This document shows, in pieces, positions 11,131 through 25,399 of a DNA stretch of 64,000 bases. Positions within the stretch are counted from its first letter, which is position 1. Each line of letters opens with the position of its first letter. The notes beneath the pieces are model-generated. The model did not search any database. It was not told the origin of the DNA and was given only the letters and a program-made list of their open reading frames with translations. The position numbers were made by a program, and so were the translations under genes. Source of the DNA: Camelus dromedarius (lineage: Eukaryota); contig NC_087472.1 of NCBI RefSeq assembly GCF_036321535.1, forward strand, positions 96,722,001 through 96,786,000, in the 5' to 3' direction.

Positions 11131-14100
11131 GGATTTCAGGGGAGGCAAATTCTGAAAGATGGGAGTTTCCTCAGGGGAAAGTCAGCAGTGGTACTCCATT
11201 GGGGGAAGTGCCAGTAGCTCATTTCTGCTGTGTCATGGGAAAGGTAAAGGGAGCTGAATAGAAAAGCTCACAAGGAACCTTGGCGGACACCAAAATGTAA
11301 GAAAGAGAAAGAGGGGAGGCCAGGGCTGTTTGAGAAGCAACTTTTGATAAGCAGAAGTAGGAGCACAAGAGTGATACTTGGAAAATTAAAGGAAGAAAAG
11401 TTTCAAGGACAGACTATGTTAGGATGCTTTTAGGTGGAAAAACCCAATTGCTTAAATAGTAAGGAAAATTATCTCACAGAGTCCAGAGGAAGGGTGAACT
11501 CCTGTGGGTCAACTATGTCTTCAAGGAGCCCGTCTCTTCTTGGCTTTCTGCTATAAGATTGGTTCCCCTAATGGTTGTTAAGATGACTGCCAGTAACACA
11601 TGTTTGCCCATTTACTAGAGCAAGAGAGAGGACAAAACGCCCATGTTTGGATTACACTTTTACTTCAGTCTCATTGGATCACCTTAGGTCAGGTGCCTGC
11701 TGAATACCAGTGCTGGGGGAATACCATACCCTGATTGGCTTAGACTAAACAGGATCAGCTCAGGATGGGGTCACTTTACCTTAGTCACATGGGAAAGAAA
11801 TGAATCTATGAACACAATGAGGGAATGGAGACTGGATGTGCGCCCATGATGTCCATTACAGAAAGATGAGTTAGATGAGTTTGGAGCCGTGTTCACTGAT
11901 TTGGGCAATTTGTTTGGAAAGCTTTCATGATCTTTTTTATGTAGGTTTTACTGATGGACTTGAAAGCTAGATTAGTATGGGTTGGTGACTGAAAAATGAG
12001 TAAATAAATGGACACAGTGTTGGGGTTTATAAGCTTAACTGTCAAGGGGAGGAGGGAGAACATAGTAACTAGAGGGACATGTTTGGTCAAGATTCTAGAG
12101 TTGCTTTGTGGTTGTTCCAGTATTCAAGATTTGGCAGTGTTTATGGCTTAGAGAGGAATGTAGGGAGGGAACTTTTATAAAAGAGAATCCCTCAGCTTTA
12201 AAAAGGAGGAGAGATACTCCCTTCCACCTGTGAGATGGAAAGAAAAGAAGGGTGGGAGTGATTATAGACTAGTGGCTCTCAACTGGATGATACCTCCCGC
12301 CTAGGGTATGTTTTAGAAATTTGGGTGGTTCTTCACGTCTTTAATTTAGTTGTGTTAAATGTTTATATATTGAAATATAATTCTTGTAAATCTTTCCTTT
12401 TTGTTCTCCATTGTGTTCCCATCAAATCAACATACTGGTCTCTTTTTTGGAACTTATGTGTGTAAGTGGGTGATGAATTTTATTTCAAGAGAGCAAAAGA
12501 ATTTAGAAAAATATGTCATAAAATGGCAGTGTCAGGTCTAGTAGGTGAGAACCAGTGCTTCTCAAACTTTAATGTGCGTGCAACTCTTGTTAAAATACAG
12601 ATTCTGATCCAGTAGGTCTTGGGAGGGGGACGCCTCAGAGTGTCCATTTTTTAACAAGCTTCTAGGTGGTTTAGATGCTACTGGTCTTTGAATAGCAAGA
12701 ACTGAGGCAGATTGGTAGATGAATGGTTTCTTGTGTTTTCGAGGTGGGTGATTTTATGAGCTGGTGGTGGTGGGATTTGGAAGAGGCATTGATAAAGAAC
12801 AACAACAACAACAACAAACCAAATGAGAGGCTTTGAGGGCTGTGCTGAGAGCCACTAAGGGCAGCCTATCATGATTGCAGCCTGGGAGTGGGCTTGAGCA
12901 AATGGTAGGATTGATCTGGCTTTGAGAGTTATCATCTTGGGTCAACTAGGACTGGAGGGCAAAAGAATTGATAGTATAGGCATTGATGGGAAAAGTACAA
13001 TGTGTTTGACGAGTTATTTGCATATGCAGTTAAAATATTTAAACTCTAATCATTGTTTTGATTTAGTTTTCCATCTTCAAGTCAGTAGGGGGCACTGCTG
13101 GATTACAAAACACATTGAAAATCTGCCCTGTGTTTGCATTCTGTTGCAGCAAGTAGTTTTTCCGGGTGTTGAATGTTGGATACATACACCCAGTCTCCAG
13201 ATTCACGTTACTAGATTTCATTCGTTACACAAATGTTTATCACAGTTCAGCTATGGGCTGGGCACTGTGTTGTACCTTGGCGGGTATAAATGAAAAGACT
13301 TGTTTCTTACCTAGGAGAGAGTCCCCAAATTTGGCCACACGTCAGAGTTATTTGTGAGACAGTTCCCAAGGCCCTGCCCATGGGTCTGATACAGTTTTTG
13401 GTGAAGTCCAGGAACCTCTAGTTTTGAAAAAGCCCCCCAGGGTGACCGTGAAACTTGAGTTTCAGGAGCTCACAATGCGGTTAGTGGCACAGACATGAAG
13501 AGTTCATTCAGGTGCAGTGGGATAAGTGCTCTGATATAAAAAGGTTGGGGAAACATAGAGCAGTATGTCTCAACCTTGACTGCACATTAAAATCACCTGG
13601 GGAGCTTTTATAAGTCCTGATGCCCAGGCTGCACCCAGACCGATGTCATCAGGATCTTTAGGGTTGAGATCTAGGTGTCTAGTTTCTAGGGCATGTAACC
13701 AACCTTGAGAACTACTGACTTAGAGGAATGAGCACCAGCAGGGGGCATCAGGACACTTTGTAGAACATGCTTGCCCTGGCCTTTGAAGCTGAGCAGACAA
13801 GGTTGAAAGGGCCTTCCAAGCAGAGCAGAAAAGTGCATGCAAGGAAACAGAAGCTGAGTGTTCAGTGCCAAGTTAAAACCTTGGACTTTACCATGTTACC
13901 TAGGTGTGAGACACTAAAGTTCTCTGTAGCTGTGTCCTCATCTGTAAAACAAGAATAAGACTAGCACCAACCTCAAATTGTTGTGTGGATTAAATTAACT
14001 CAAACCCAAAGTTCAGCACAGTGTTCGGTACAAAGGAAATGTTTGATAAATATGAGCTGTTACTAACTTTTAGTTGGTGTCTTGTAGGAGGCTGCTATGG

Positions 14101-17100
14101 TAGTGTTATGGTGGTGCACAGTCTTGGAGCTTTCCAAAAGTTTTTTGTTTTTGATGTCAAAAGTTGGTAGTTGACTGAATGTGGCAGAGTTGGGAGAAGG
14201 AGAATTTAAGGATGCCACCCAGGTTTTTGGCTTGGAAATTTGAGTGGTTGTTAGAACTATTCATTGAGGTGGGAAAGTAGAAGAAGGCTGAGTTTGGTTT
14301 TGGGGGAGGTGGTAATTTGCTTTTCAACAAGTTGGACTTGTTGAAGTACCTGTGGACATTAAGAGGTGGTAATCAGTTGACATGGAACCCAAGAGTATGG
14401 AGTTTTCATTAGACAGATGTGGGCTGGAAATGGGGGAATCATCAGATGCTTCAAAGGCCAGAAAATGGCCTAGGGAAAGCTGGTCTGCGTCATTTCCTTC
14501 CTGAAGGGCGGAGTTGTGACCTGTACTCAGAGCTCAGTGCTCAGAGGAGCCTGAGATGACCATAGCTTTGGCTATAAGGCATTATTACCTCACATACTTG
14601 TTTTGTGGCTGTTTGGTCTCAATATAATTCCTTTCTTTCTGAAATTAATTTTCTGACCATGAATAGTACATTACTAGCACAAACTGAGGGGAGAATTACA
14701 CTGCTAAGTGGAAAAGGAAAATCATCTGTAAATTGGAAGAGAAATACTGTAACTTTATTTTACTTGAATATTATTTTCAATGTCACATATTTTGAAAGAT
14801 AACAAGAATTTTCCCCCTTAGAATGTATCTCTGAGGGAATTCTCCTTGAGGAATTATAGCGAGTACATTTTTACTCACATAAATACATATTTGTATGCAG
14901 AATTAGTTGGATGTTCTGCCTTTCTTACCCTTCAGAGATGTTGGGTGGTAGATCACAAAGAAGAAAAAACTGCCCTTCGCTGCTGGCTGCAGTCAGAAAG
15001 CACAGGCTTGGGTTTCAGTTGTAGTTTCTGGTTTCTGGCTGAGCAACCTTAATGAGGTTTCTTAATCTCTCAGAGTCCCCGCATCAGGGTACTGTGGGGA
15101 CAGTCACATGCTCCTCCATATCACACAGGATTGTTGGGAGGTTCAAATGCGATAACATGTAAAAAGAACAGTGAACTACAAAGCACTGTATGAATGTTTC
15201 AGATATTTTCAATCCCTTCTGCATCACATCTGTCCACGGAAGTGATCTAGTGTTTTAGGTTAGCACTATGGACTTCGGACTGTAAAAAGTAGCTGAAACT
15301 TAAGTAAATTCACTTCTCATTTGGAACTGAATTTGCTCAGGACCCTGTAATACTCTTCTATCTATTTCTAAAATACAAATAGCCTCTTATGTGCAGGTAA
15401 CACTGAAAGAGGAGAAGGAAGAAGTAGATGAATTACACCTTAAAGGAATGGAGAGCAAAGACAAAATGGAGAACAGTAGATAATTCACTAGACATTTATG
15501 ATAAATGAATTTATTACCCCCATGATCCCTATGCATATTTGTAGACTTTATTATGATTTAAAGGTTTAATTTTTAATTTATATGTATGTGTGTTCCACAC
15601 CCATATCCTTTCTAGGCTAGTCTGGGACTTCTTAGAGGCCAAGAAATGAACTTTGATACCTGTTTGTATGGTACATTTAAAATTAGTGTAAGTAAGTAGA
15701 TGCATAAGAAATCTCTATAGCAAAGGTACGTATCTGTTTCAAAAACTTGAGAGTTGACTTATTTATAATATGACAGGAACGTACCAAAAGATTTTTTAAT
15801 GAAAGAATTAAAAGAGTTTGTATCAGTTGATTTCCCCCAGTAATGCTTAAGTGGAATTTTAGTGCATACAACATGAAACTTTATGTGGATATTTTCAGGG
15901 GGGAAAACATGCCTAAAGATAGATTTTAAAATTTGGAAGCTATTTTTTTTTTACTTTTGCTGGGGTTTTCTTGATCTTTGCATGGCCTCATGCCATTTTT
16001 TTCTTTAGAAAACTTGAACAGTGCCAGTTTCTTAGTGTAGTGGGCTTTAAAACTTGTGTTCTTTGTGCCCTAAAACTTGTAGCAGCAAGAATTTAGAACA
16101 AGGGTTGTAGAGTTTTCAATATGCTGAGAGTCTATAACTTTGAATATTAAGCCATATTTTCATAATAGCCTTATAGGCAACGAGTTGTATTTTGAATGAA
16201 TATTGTTTTAAAGGCACTTTAGATACAGTTACCCTTTGTTTTTCTACTTATGGTAACTCTTTGAAGCAATGCAGTGTGTTTTATTCAAAGCCCACACTGG
16301 CTCCAATTTAAGGAGGTCTTTGGTTGGGTGAGGATGGGGAGGCCTCTGTGGGAGCTGGAGATAGGTTTGCAAGTGCACGTTCATTGCTTTAGTTGGGAGG
16401 AATACTCAGTGGTTTCTTTTTTCAGATGTGCCTTTTCATTCCTTTGAAGAGTGTTTTTAAATAGGATGTATGAAAATAATAAAGGTTCATTTGTCTCCCT
16501 CCCCATCCCACAGACGTCAATCCTTGTGAAAAAACAGCCTGTTTTTCTTTGTGCTTGCTGAAATGCGTCTCCTTTCCCATTAGGGGTGCTGCTTCGTGTG
16601 TCGTATGATGACATGGGTTAAACTGGTGAGTGAGTAAGTCAGCATCAAGTGATACGAGGACTCCACCAAGTTTCCTAAGTCTTCTGTTAATGGCTGACCT
16701 CACTTGGCAAATATTGATTCTGAGCCTGTTGGTAGAGTCACATCGTTTGGGAGCACTGTTAAAAGTTGCTGTGTGTAGTCCAAATATTGATTTTTCTTGT
16801 TTTCGTTCCTTATTCTCAGAGATTTTTCATTATGAATCCAGATTGTCATCAGCTGAGTTGAGCCTTGCACACGATTTTTTTTCCCAAAAGAGTTTTGTGG
16901 TTTCCTTTTTTCCTTAGAGAAGAAAAAGGCTGTGAATAACTGAGATGAGGTTGAAGGCAGTTATTGTCAGTTCCGTGTTCTCTGTGCACACAGTGATCTA
17001 TTAGGAACCGAAACCTGGGTCTTTAAAGATAAACTTTACTAGCTCTTCCTCTTAGAAAGTGGAATTTTTTTTTAGTTGTTTGAAAATGTAGAAACATTTG

Positions 17101-18559
17101 AAAGGCAAGTTTTGTAGTAAATGTTCCCCCTATGATTTTTTTTCCTCTCTATATTTCCTTAACTCAGAAGAGATTGAATGGGTCTTGGGATGCCATTCCA
17201 AGAGGGAAAAGAAACATACATATTTTAGAGTTTTAGGTAAGCACTATTAACTTTCTGTCTGAATGAGGAAGTTCAAAATAAATTTGAAACATGGTAAATT
17301 ACATGTCCTCTGTGTTCCAAGTCTGTAAAACCAGTACAGCCCAACCAGATGACTCAAAACCTGCCTGAATGAACAATTATCTCACTCTTTGGCTCTGAGG
17401 TTTCCTTCCTGTTTATCAGACAAGTTTATTATTTTTTTAGCATGAATTTAACGAAATCTGATAACTAGCAGAAAATGAAACAATTGCAAATGAAACATCT
17501 TTGCTTTGCTGACCTAATTTTGTGGTGAATTCTGCCCTCCAAAGATAAAACAGAAGCTGGTTTTCTATTAAAAAAATAATGTTAATCTTGAAAACAGTCT
17601 CAGTTTTCTTCTTTACTTATCTCTTGAGATCACAATGTGCTTTTGCAGTGGATAAGGAAGAACTAGGAAGTATCAGTTACTCCAGTACAGAATGACAGAA
17701 TCGAAAGTTTCTTGTAAAATAGCTGTGTTTGTCATAGTTGGAAGACATTTTTCTTTTCATTGGTTAAAGTCTGAACTTTAAAAATATTGGCTTCATAATT
17801 CCTTCACTGTGAAACAGATTGAAATGATTGTGGTTTCTCTTGTTGTTAAAGTGTAAGTGCTGTCAGATTTATACACCCAAATGAGTGCCTGTCAAAACAG
17901 TCATTTTGAGAGGACAGATTTAATTATTCTGTCACTACATCTCTTCCAAACACACCGTCACTGATCAATATATTTATTCCAAAAATATCATCACTGATCA
18001 AAACATTTTTGTCCCTTTTCATTTGGAGTTGTCATCATACTCTGAGGTGGATTCTTTAGAATATTCTCAGGAGCCAGCCATTTTCGTTTCTTGCATGTTT
18101 CAAAACAAATTAATATTCATTGCAAAAACTTTAGGAAATACAGATAATACTAAAGAATCTTCTTAATCCCACCACCTATAGATAACCACTGTTAACATCT
18201 TTCTCAGACTCGTTTCTGGGCATACTTATATACCCTCAATTTGACATTTTCAGAAATCACACAAATCCCTCCCCCCTGCTTTTTAAACAAATACCATTTT
18301 CTAGTCTCCTTTTATTTCAAATATGTTGAGACTGATTTTTTTATAGGCTTAAAATTTGATCTGAAGGCATTTGGAAATGGAAGCCATATGATCACATATC
18401 AAAAGTAATTTTCCTTTATTTGTTATATAAATAGTTGCAGTAAATTCTGACTCAGTATATGATATGTCAAGGTTACTACTTTGAAGAGAAAATACTTTTT
18501 TTTTGGAGGAGGTACACTTTTTCTCTGGCTGCATTTTAAAAAATCATCTTAAGCAATTT

Positions 18560-19245
18560 TTTTTAGTTCCATATTTTTGAATTGTGGTAAAAAAACTACA
18601 TAATATGATATTTACCATCTTAACCATTTTTAAATATACTGTTCAGTTGTATTAAATATATTCACACTGTTGTGGAAAAGATCTCCAGAATTTTTTCATG
18701 TGGCCAACTTGAAACTGTACCCATTAAACAACAAATCCCAATTTCCTCCTTCCCCCCAAGCCTCTGGTAACCACCATTCTACTTTCTGTTTCTATGAATT
18801 TGACTACTTTAAATACTTCATATAGGTGAAATCATACAGTATTTGTCTTTTGTGACTGGCTTATTTCACTTAGCATAATATCCTCTAGGTTCTAATTTTC
18901 CATTGTGTGTATATACTGCGTTTTGTTTATCCATTCATCTGTCCACAGACACTTGGGTATCTTTCACCTGTTGGCTATTATGAATAATGCTGCTATGAAG
19001 GTGGATGTGTAAATTTATCTTTGAGACCCTGCTTTCAATTCTTTTGGATGTATATGCAGAAGGGGAATTGCTGGATCATATGGTAATTCTATTTTTAGTT
19101 TTTTGAAGAACCTCCATATTGTTTTCCTTGTTAATTGCACCGTTTTATAATCCCACCAGCCATGAACAAGGGTTCCAGTTTCTCTATATCCTCGTCAACA
19201 CTTGTTATTTTCTGTTTTTTTGATAGTGGCCATTGGGTGTGAGGT
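18560..19245 (-). mobile_element. L1 3' fragment (L1M-type)
   Basis: typical antisense L1 text: ctggcttatttcacttagcataat...gctggatcatatggtaattctatttttag. Confidence 0.8.
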
Positions 19246-19280
19246 GAGAAAATACCTATTTTAAAAATTATATAAGTAAT

Positions 19281-19712
19281 ATTATATTAAAAACTAATAT
19301 ATATTAAAATAGATAAACAACAAGTTCGTACTGTTTAGCACAGGGAACTATATATTCAATATCTTGTAGTAGCTTACAGAGAAAAAGAATATGAAAATGA
19401 ATATATGTATGTTCATGTATGACTGAAGCATTACGCTGTACACCAGAAATTGACACATTGTAAACTGACTATACTTCAATAAAAATATATATATTAAAAA
19501 TTGTGTAAGTAATGCTGAATTAACTTTTCCTTGTAAAAAGTCAGTGTATAATACAAGGGAATATATTCAATATCTTGTAGTAGCTCATGGTGAAAAATAA
19601 TATGAAAATGGATATATGCATATTCATGTATGACTGAAGAATTGTGCTGTACACTAGAAATTGACACAGCATTGTAAATTGACTAACTCAATTTAAAAAA
19701 GAAGCAAAAAAA
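19281..19712 (+). mobile_element. Two adjacent lineage-type L1 3'UTR insertions (~19281-19495, ~19545-19712)
   Basis: both carry atattcaatatcttgtagtagct...gtatgactgaag...cattgtaaa(c/t)tgacta followed by A-rich tails. Confidence 0.8.
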
Positions 19713-22700
19713 AGGTCAAACAGTGCAGTTAAGATAATTATCAGTTTCCCATCATCTGCTTCCCTCTAACCCTTTTCTCAGAGAATAGCCTCTGTTACAG
19801 GCTTGGTATGTGGCCCTCCAGATTAGAAAGGATGTGTAAAATACAAGTTCTGTACTGAATACTCGTTATGAGGGAGGCATAGTCTTCTGATGTTTGAAGA
19901 ATGTGGACTCATTTAGTTTCTCTTTATTTTTAATTCAGTTTATGACACATTACTAAGGACAGCAATGCAACCTGTTTGGGCAATATTGTTGATTGTTTTC
20001 ATCATTTTGTTTTACCCTAAATTCTTTCACATAATTTATTTTTTGTTTTATGTTCTTTTTTAAGAACAAAGATAACCTCAAAAGTATTGTCAGTTTTTTT
20101 AAAAATCCATTTCAGATTTTTACCTCTTAAACAACTGAAAAGAATCAGATTAAAAGCATTTTGTTTTTACATGAAAAATGCTTTCAGTTGGAAATTTGTG
20201 CAGAAAAGTTTAACCGAAGATCAAAGAACCAGTGTAACATATGGGGAAAAATACATAATTGTGCCTCATTTCCTATAAATAGGGGAATATTTAATTTTAA
20301 ATGGCATTTACTTTTTTTTTACATTTTTTATTGAGTTATAGTCATTTTACAATGTTGTGAAATGGCATTTACTTTTAAAATGTCTCCAAATGCGTTTATT
20401 TTCCACCCACAGTGATAGATATAAAAATGATGTTATTCAGTAACTTTGGCCATAGCTGCACATTTTAGTATATAGGATATATGACAGCTAAATGATATAA
20501 TAGCTAAAATGCAATAATTAAAACATTAGATTTATTTATGCAGTTTTTGATACCAAGTTGTTTTGAGTAGATTACCAATGACTTTCCATCTGACCTTGAA
20601 ATTAAAAGGGAACTTCTGGATTGAGAATGTTTGTGATATGCAGCAGCCATGGTTTATGGTTGCTTATATTTTCTCCATCTAGAGATTGTAGCTACGTATG
20701 AGTATAGCTGAACAGATTGTAGTGTGTCAGAAATCATCCTCATGTTCCAAACCTTTGGTTTTTTTTGTTACAGCTCTTTACAGAGGCTCTTTTTAGTGAA
20801 CTGAATCTTAACATCAATATGGTGGGTGACTTTGCTTAAAAAAAAAATGGAAGGAAGGAACGGAGAAAGGCAGAAAGGCATAAACTTCTGATTGTTGATT
20901 CTGTCTTCTCTCTACAGTTGTTTCCCAGAATTACCAGTTGTGGTACATAATTCCTTTTTCTGTGTTACTCCTGTCCTTTGGTAGTGCATTTCTCATAGGT
21001 GGTGTAATTCTTTGCTTATTCACTTTATCAGATGACGGAGCCTGCAACCACATCTTGTTGTTTTTGAAGTCTATTTTCATTGTTTCATTAAAGAGTTGCT
21101 TTGATGTTGTCCTTTGACTGTGTGACTTGTAAGGCTATTGAATGAGGTAGGGAACTCAGAGAAAAACAGGTTTTTGGAGAAAGAGAATTCATTATGAGGC
21201 AGCAATTGAAAAACCTGGTGAGACACACAAGCCTGAGGCTTAGGGAGAGGCCAGGCTGGAAATATGATTTGGGCATCAGTAGCATAAGGTGGGTGTTAAA
21301 GACCTAGATTTAAATGAAATTGCTCTGGAGTGAGAAGAGGAGAGGGTTAAGTACTACTCTGACTCATTAACCTTGAAGAGATGGGCAGAAGAAGAGAAGG
21401 CCCAAAAGGAGAGTAAAAGTGCCCTGCAAAAAAAGCTTATAGGATGGGGCCAGAGTAGAATCAGAAGCCAGAGTAAGAGAGAGTTTCAAGATGGGGGAGT
21501 GGTCACAGTTTCAGGGTGCAGCCGAGGTACCACATGTCCATTGGAGTTTAGTAACTGGGAGGCCATTGGTGGCCTTGGGAAAACTGGTTTTAGATATATT
21601 GAGTAGTGAAGGGAGGAGGGAATAAAGTAGAGAAGGCAGACAGAATCTGTCTAACTTTGTGTTGACATATACCATATATACAGGAAAGTGCACAGATCAC
21701 ACGGAATTTTCAGAAACTGACCATACTAGTATATCTGGTACTCAAGAAGCCTTCAGGGCCCTTCTAGTCATTGCCCAGCTTGCTAAGGGTATCCACTATT
21801 CTGCCTTCTAACCAGACTTAAAAAAAAAATTTGTCATTGGAGGGAGATGGAAGGATAAAATAGTTAGAAAGGGGATCAGGGGTGGGGAGGTGTTGTTTGT
21901 GTTGTGTTTAAGATGGGAAAGATTTTCTTGAATGTAAATAAATCCCATAATTTCGCTAGTGGGTGGCCAGTCACTGTTTCTTTTTAGGTTTAGGATGATT
22001 TTCATTTCATTTTTTCAAATGTTTTTAGAAATAAGTACGATTGAGTGTTTATACAAACTTAAGTTGAATAACTGTTCCCAAAGCATCTGCTTGTAGAATA
22101 GTGGTTTTCTAAACTTGGCTGATCGTGGGAATAGATTCTTGGAGCTCTCTTAGGTTTATTGAATCAGACACTCTGGGGGAAGGCATTGGAATCTGCACTT
22201 CTAAAAACTCCCCAGGTGATTCTGAAACCTTCTGTGTATACAGGCCTGCAACGCGAGGCTTACATTTTATTGAACAGGAAACATGTATTTTTAATGGAAG
22301 GTCTAATAAGATAATAGATCTGTAATTGTAGGAGAATAAAAGATTACCCTTCTTAATAAGGAGGGAGACTATATACTGGGTTTTTCATGAAGTTGAAGAA
22401 GAAAGCAAGTTATCAAGGATTTGAGCCCCACCATTCCTGAGCGTCCTTGAATAATTCTAAGGGAGACTTATTTAGCTTGAGATTTTTATTTGTCTTTAAA
22501 GCAGTTTTACTGGGACACAATCAGAAAGTGGTCCTGGAACTAGAGAGTGGGCAGTACACTTTTATTTGCAAAACAAAGATAGTTTAGCCTTCTGAATATC
22601 CATTATGATCTGAGTGTGACCTCATCCAATTCATACCTTGGTTAACTGTGTCCTAGAATCTGCCCTTGCTGCTGGTGCTGAAGACTAAACTCAATCTCAT

Positions 22701-24827
22701 GCCTGAGTCTCTAGAAAAATATTTTTTTTTAAATTGTGACCTGTGTCTTTCTGAGTAAACGCATGAGCTTCCCGGAAACTCTGTAAGGGCAAGCAGGGAT
22801 TACGTCTGCTTAAGTGTTGTGTCCTGTTTAGCACTGTGCCTGACATGTAATAGGTATATAGTAAATATTTGTTTTCGAAATTAAATTCTAGTTGACCTCT
22901 TCCAATTGTTATATCACATATAACCCCGCTTACCTAACCAGATTTATTTTGTTCTCATCAGTCCTTGATGGGCTTCATTGGAGAGACTAAGACGTGAAAG
23001 CCTTTAAGACAGTGGTGGCCTACTCCTTTGCACCACTTCTTGTTAGGGCCCCATCCAACCAACTGCCAATCCTGGTGCTCAGTTTCCATTGACATTTAAG
23101 CCCTCTGAGAACTATGTAAAATAAAAGTTGAAAGACAAAGAGAGTCCAGAGGTCTAAGATGGAGAATATACCTTGATAGGGGGAGAGTGTATAAGATATC
23201 TTGCTGGGGAATAGAATCAGACAAAAAGAAAGAGGGTTTAACCACATGAGCCAGGGAACTCAATGACACTCCCTCTGAGGTTTGCAAAGCTAAGGGTCAC
23301 TAACTCACCTTTGTCTGAGCTAAATTTTAGTTTCCCCTATGACTATGGGTCTCTTACAGCTATATTCAAAACCTCAATCAAGCCAATAAATTAGGGTCCT
23401 TAATTTGAGATCCCCAACTAGCTGAATTCCAAGGGGGCATCTAATAACTGAAGGGCCCACTGCAGAGGAAAGGCTGGATCTAAAGCAGTGCAACTTTTGA
23501 ATCTAGTTAGTCTGTGGCTGTGGCTTAGCACTCATTGAAGATAGAGCTCTTAGCAGAGTGGGCTTGACTTTGTTCTAGTAAGCCAAACTCATCTAATCCA
23601 AAGTAGAGAATGTTTAATTAGCTCTTAGAAAGTGCATATATACCCACTTACTGAGCCAGGCCATCTGCCCTGGGTGGAGAGTGAGCCTGGCAAATAAGAA
23701 TTCTCAAGGACTGTCACTTGGGACAGTGAGTGCTCAGGCCATCGGTACCTACAGCCTAGAGGCTTCAGCTACTCATCGGAAAAGGTCCAGAGGCGATCTC
23801 ACTTCCCAGGAAAAAGTCTGGCTGTACTATAATGGGTCAGAACCCATTACTGAGAGAGAACGTCTTTGTGTTCATATCTGACCAGGCAACCTAGCAGGAG
23901 TGCCCTTGGTGATAAAGCCAGAGCTTCAGTGATTATTACCTGATTGGTTAAATCTTTCTTCAGGACATCTAACTTCTAGATTTGTATTTCTTTTCTTCCC
24001 TGGGGAGACAAAGGATTGAAGAAGGTTCTTCTTTGCCCCCCCTTATTGCCTTCACACTTTCCTGGCGTGATCTCTGCCAATTGTAACAACCTTTCCTTCT
24101 TAAATTGTAATATTGAATGGGTTCACCTGAATAATCAATATGAGCTCTGACAAATTATGATAGCCACCTGGCAGGGGCCCAGCATCTAGAATCCCCATTT
24201 GTGATAACTCTGGTCTGGTCAAGGCAGGATAGGGTAGTCTCTCACCAAGAGGAGCCCTCTTTGAGGCCCAAAAAGAAAGTGAACCACCCAAGATGATGGG
24301 CAGTGCATCTGCATCAGGCTTGTCTGCCTCTGGATCTTTTACCCAGGCTCTTCCTGTGGGTTTCCATTGCACAGTTCTGTACCACCCAGATCCTTACTAC
24401 AGTCAGGTATGTGGCTGACTCCTTCCTAAGAATGACCCCCCTGGTCTGTGGTTCCCACCCATATTTTGGCATGAACTTGGCATGGTTTAGGTGTGTGTGG
24501 ATTTTTTTTGAGATGTAGTTTACGTACAGTGAGATGGACAGATGGTAAATTGTACAGATCATACAGCAATTTGAGTTTTGACAAATGTATACACCTTTTG
24601 TAAACCACACCCAATCAAGATATAGATCATTTCTGTCACCCCAGAAAGTTCCCTTGTGCTCCTTCTCAGTAAGTCTAACCCCCACCCCCACACGCTTCTC
24701 TCCCAGGCATTAACTGTTCTGATCTCTATCACTGTGTATTAAGTTTGAGGCCGTGGATTTTAAAACATACAGATTTTCTTAAAGTCTGGCAAGATACGTC
24801 AGAAAATAATATTTGTTCAGATAAATC

Positions 24828-25032
24828 AGTGCTCCCTAATGCAGGGGGATGCCCCCAGGAGACTTTTGACGGTGTCTAGAAACAGTTTTGACTCATGAGT
24901 GAGAAGGGTTCCTACTGGCATCTAGTGGATGGAGGCCAGGGATGCTCCTAAGCCTCCCACAGCGCCCAGGGCAGCCCCACAGCGGAGTGATCCAACCCCA
25001 AATGCCAACAGTGCTGAGGTTGAGAAACCCTG
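24828..25032. mobile_element. MER20 DNA transposon
   Basis: ctactggcatctagtggatggaggccagggatgct...gtgctgaggttgagaaaccctg. Confidence 0.75.
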
Positions 25033-25399
25033 AGGTAAATCATGTGCTCTCTGCTGAGAGAATTGTGGCCCTGGGGAGTGTTAATCTGTGGCTCTTCCAG
25101 GCCTCTAGGGGTGAGAGGTTTTTTTTTTTTTTTTTGGTTATTTGTTAAGAGCCTACAGAAAGCTCAAAAGGCAACTGCAGGAAGGGGCATTCTTGGGTGC
25201 CACCACCCTTGTGGCCACAGTCCTTGCTGTGTAGTGGGAGTGAGCATGGGCTTGGGCAGGCGGAGATGAACAGGAGAAGAGGGAGGTGAAGAAAACAACT
25301 TGGGCAATAAAGGGACAGGCTTAGCATAATATTAAAACTAGAAAAATGGACAAGAGGGGAAAATAAAGTGGAAATTAATGATACCTGAAGTACAAGCAA

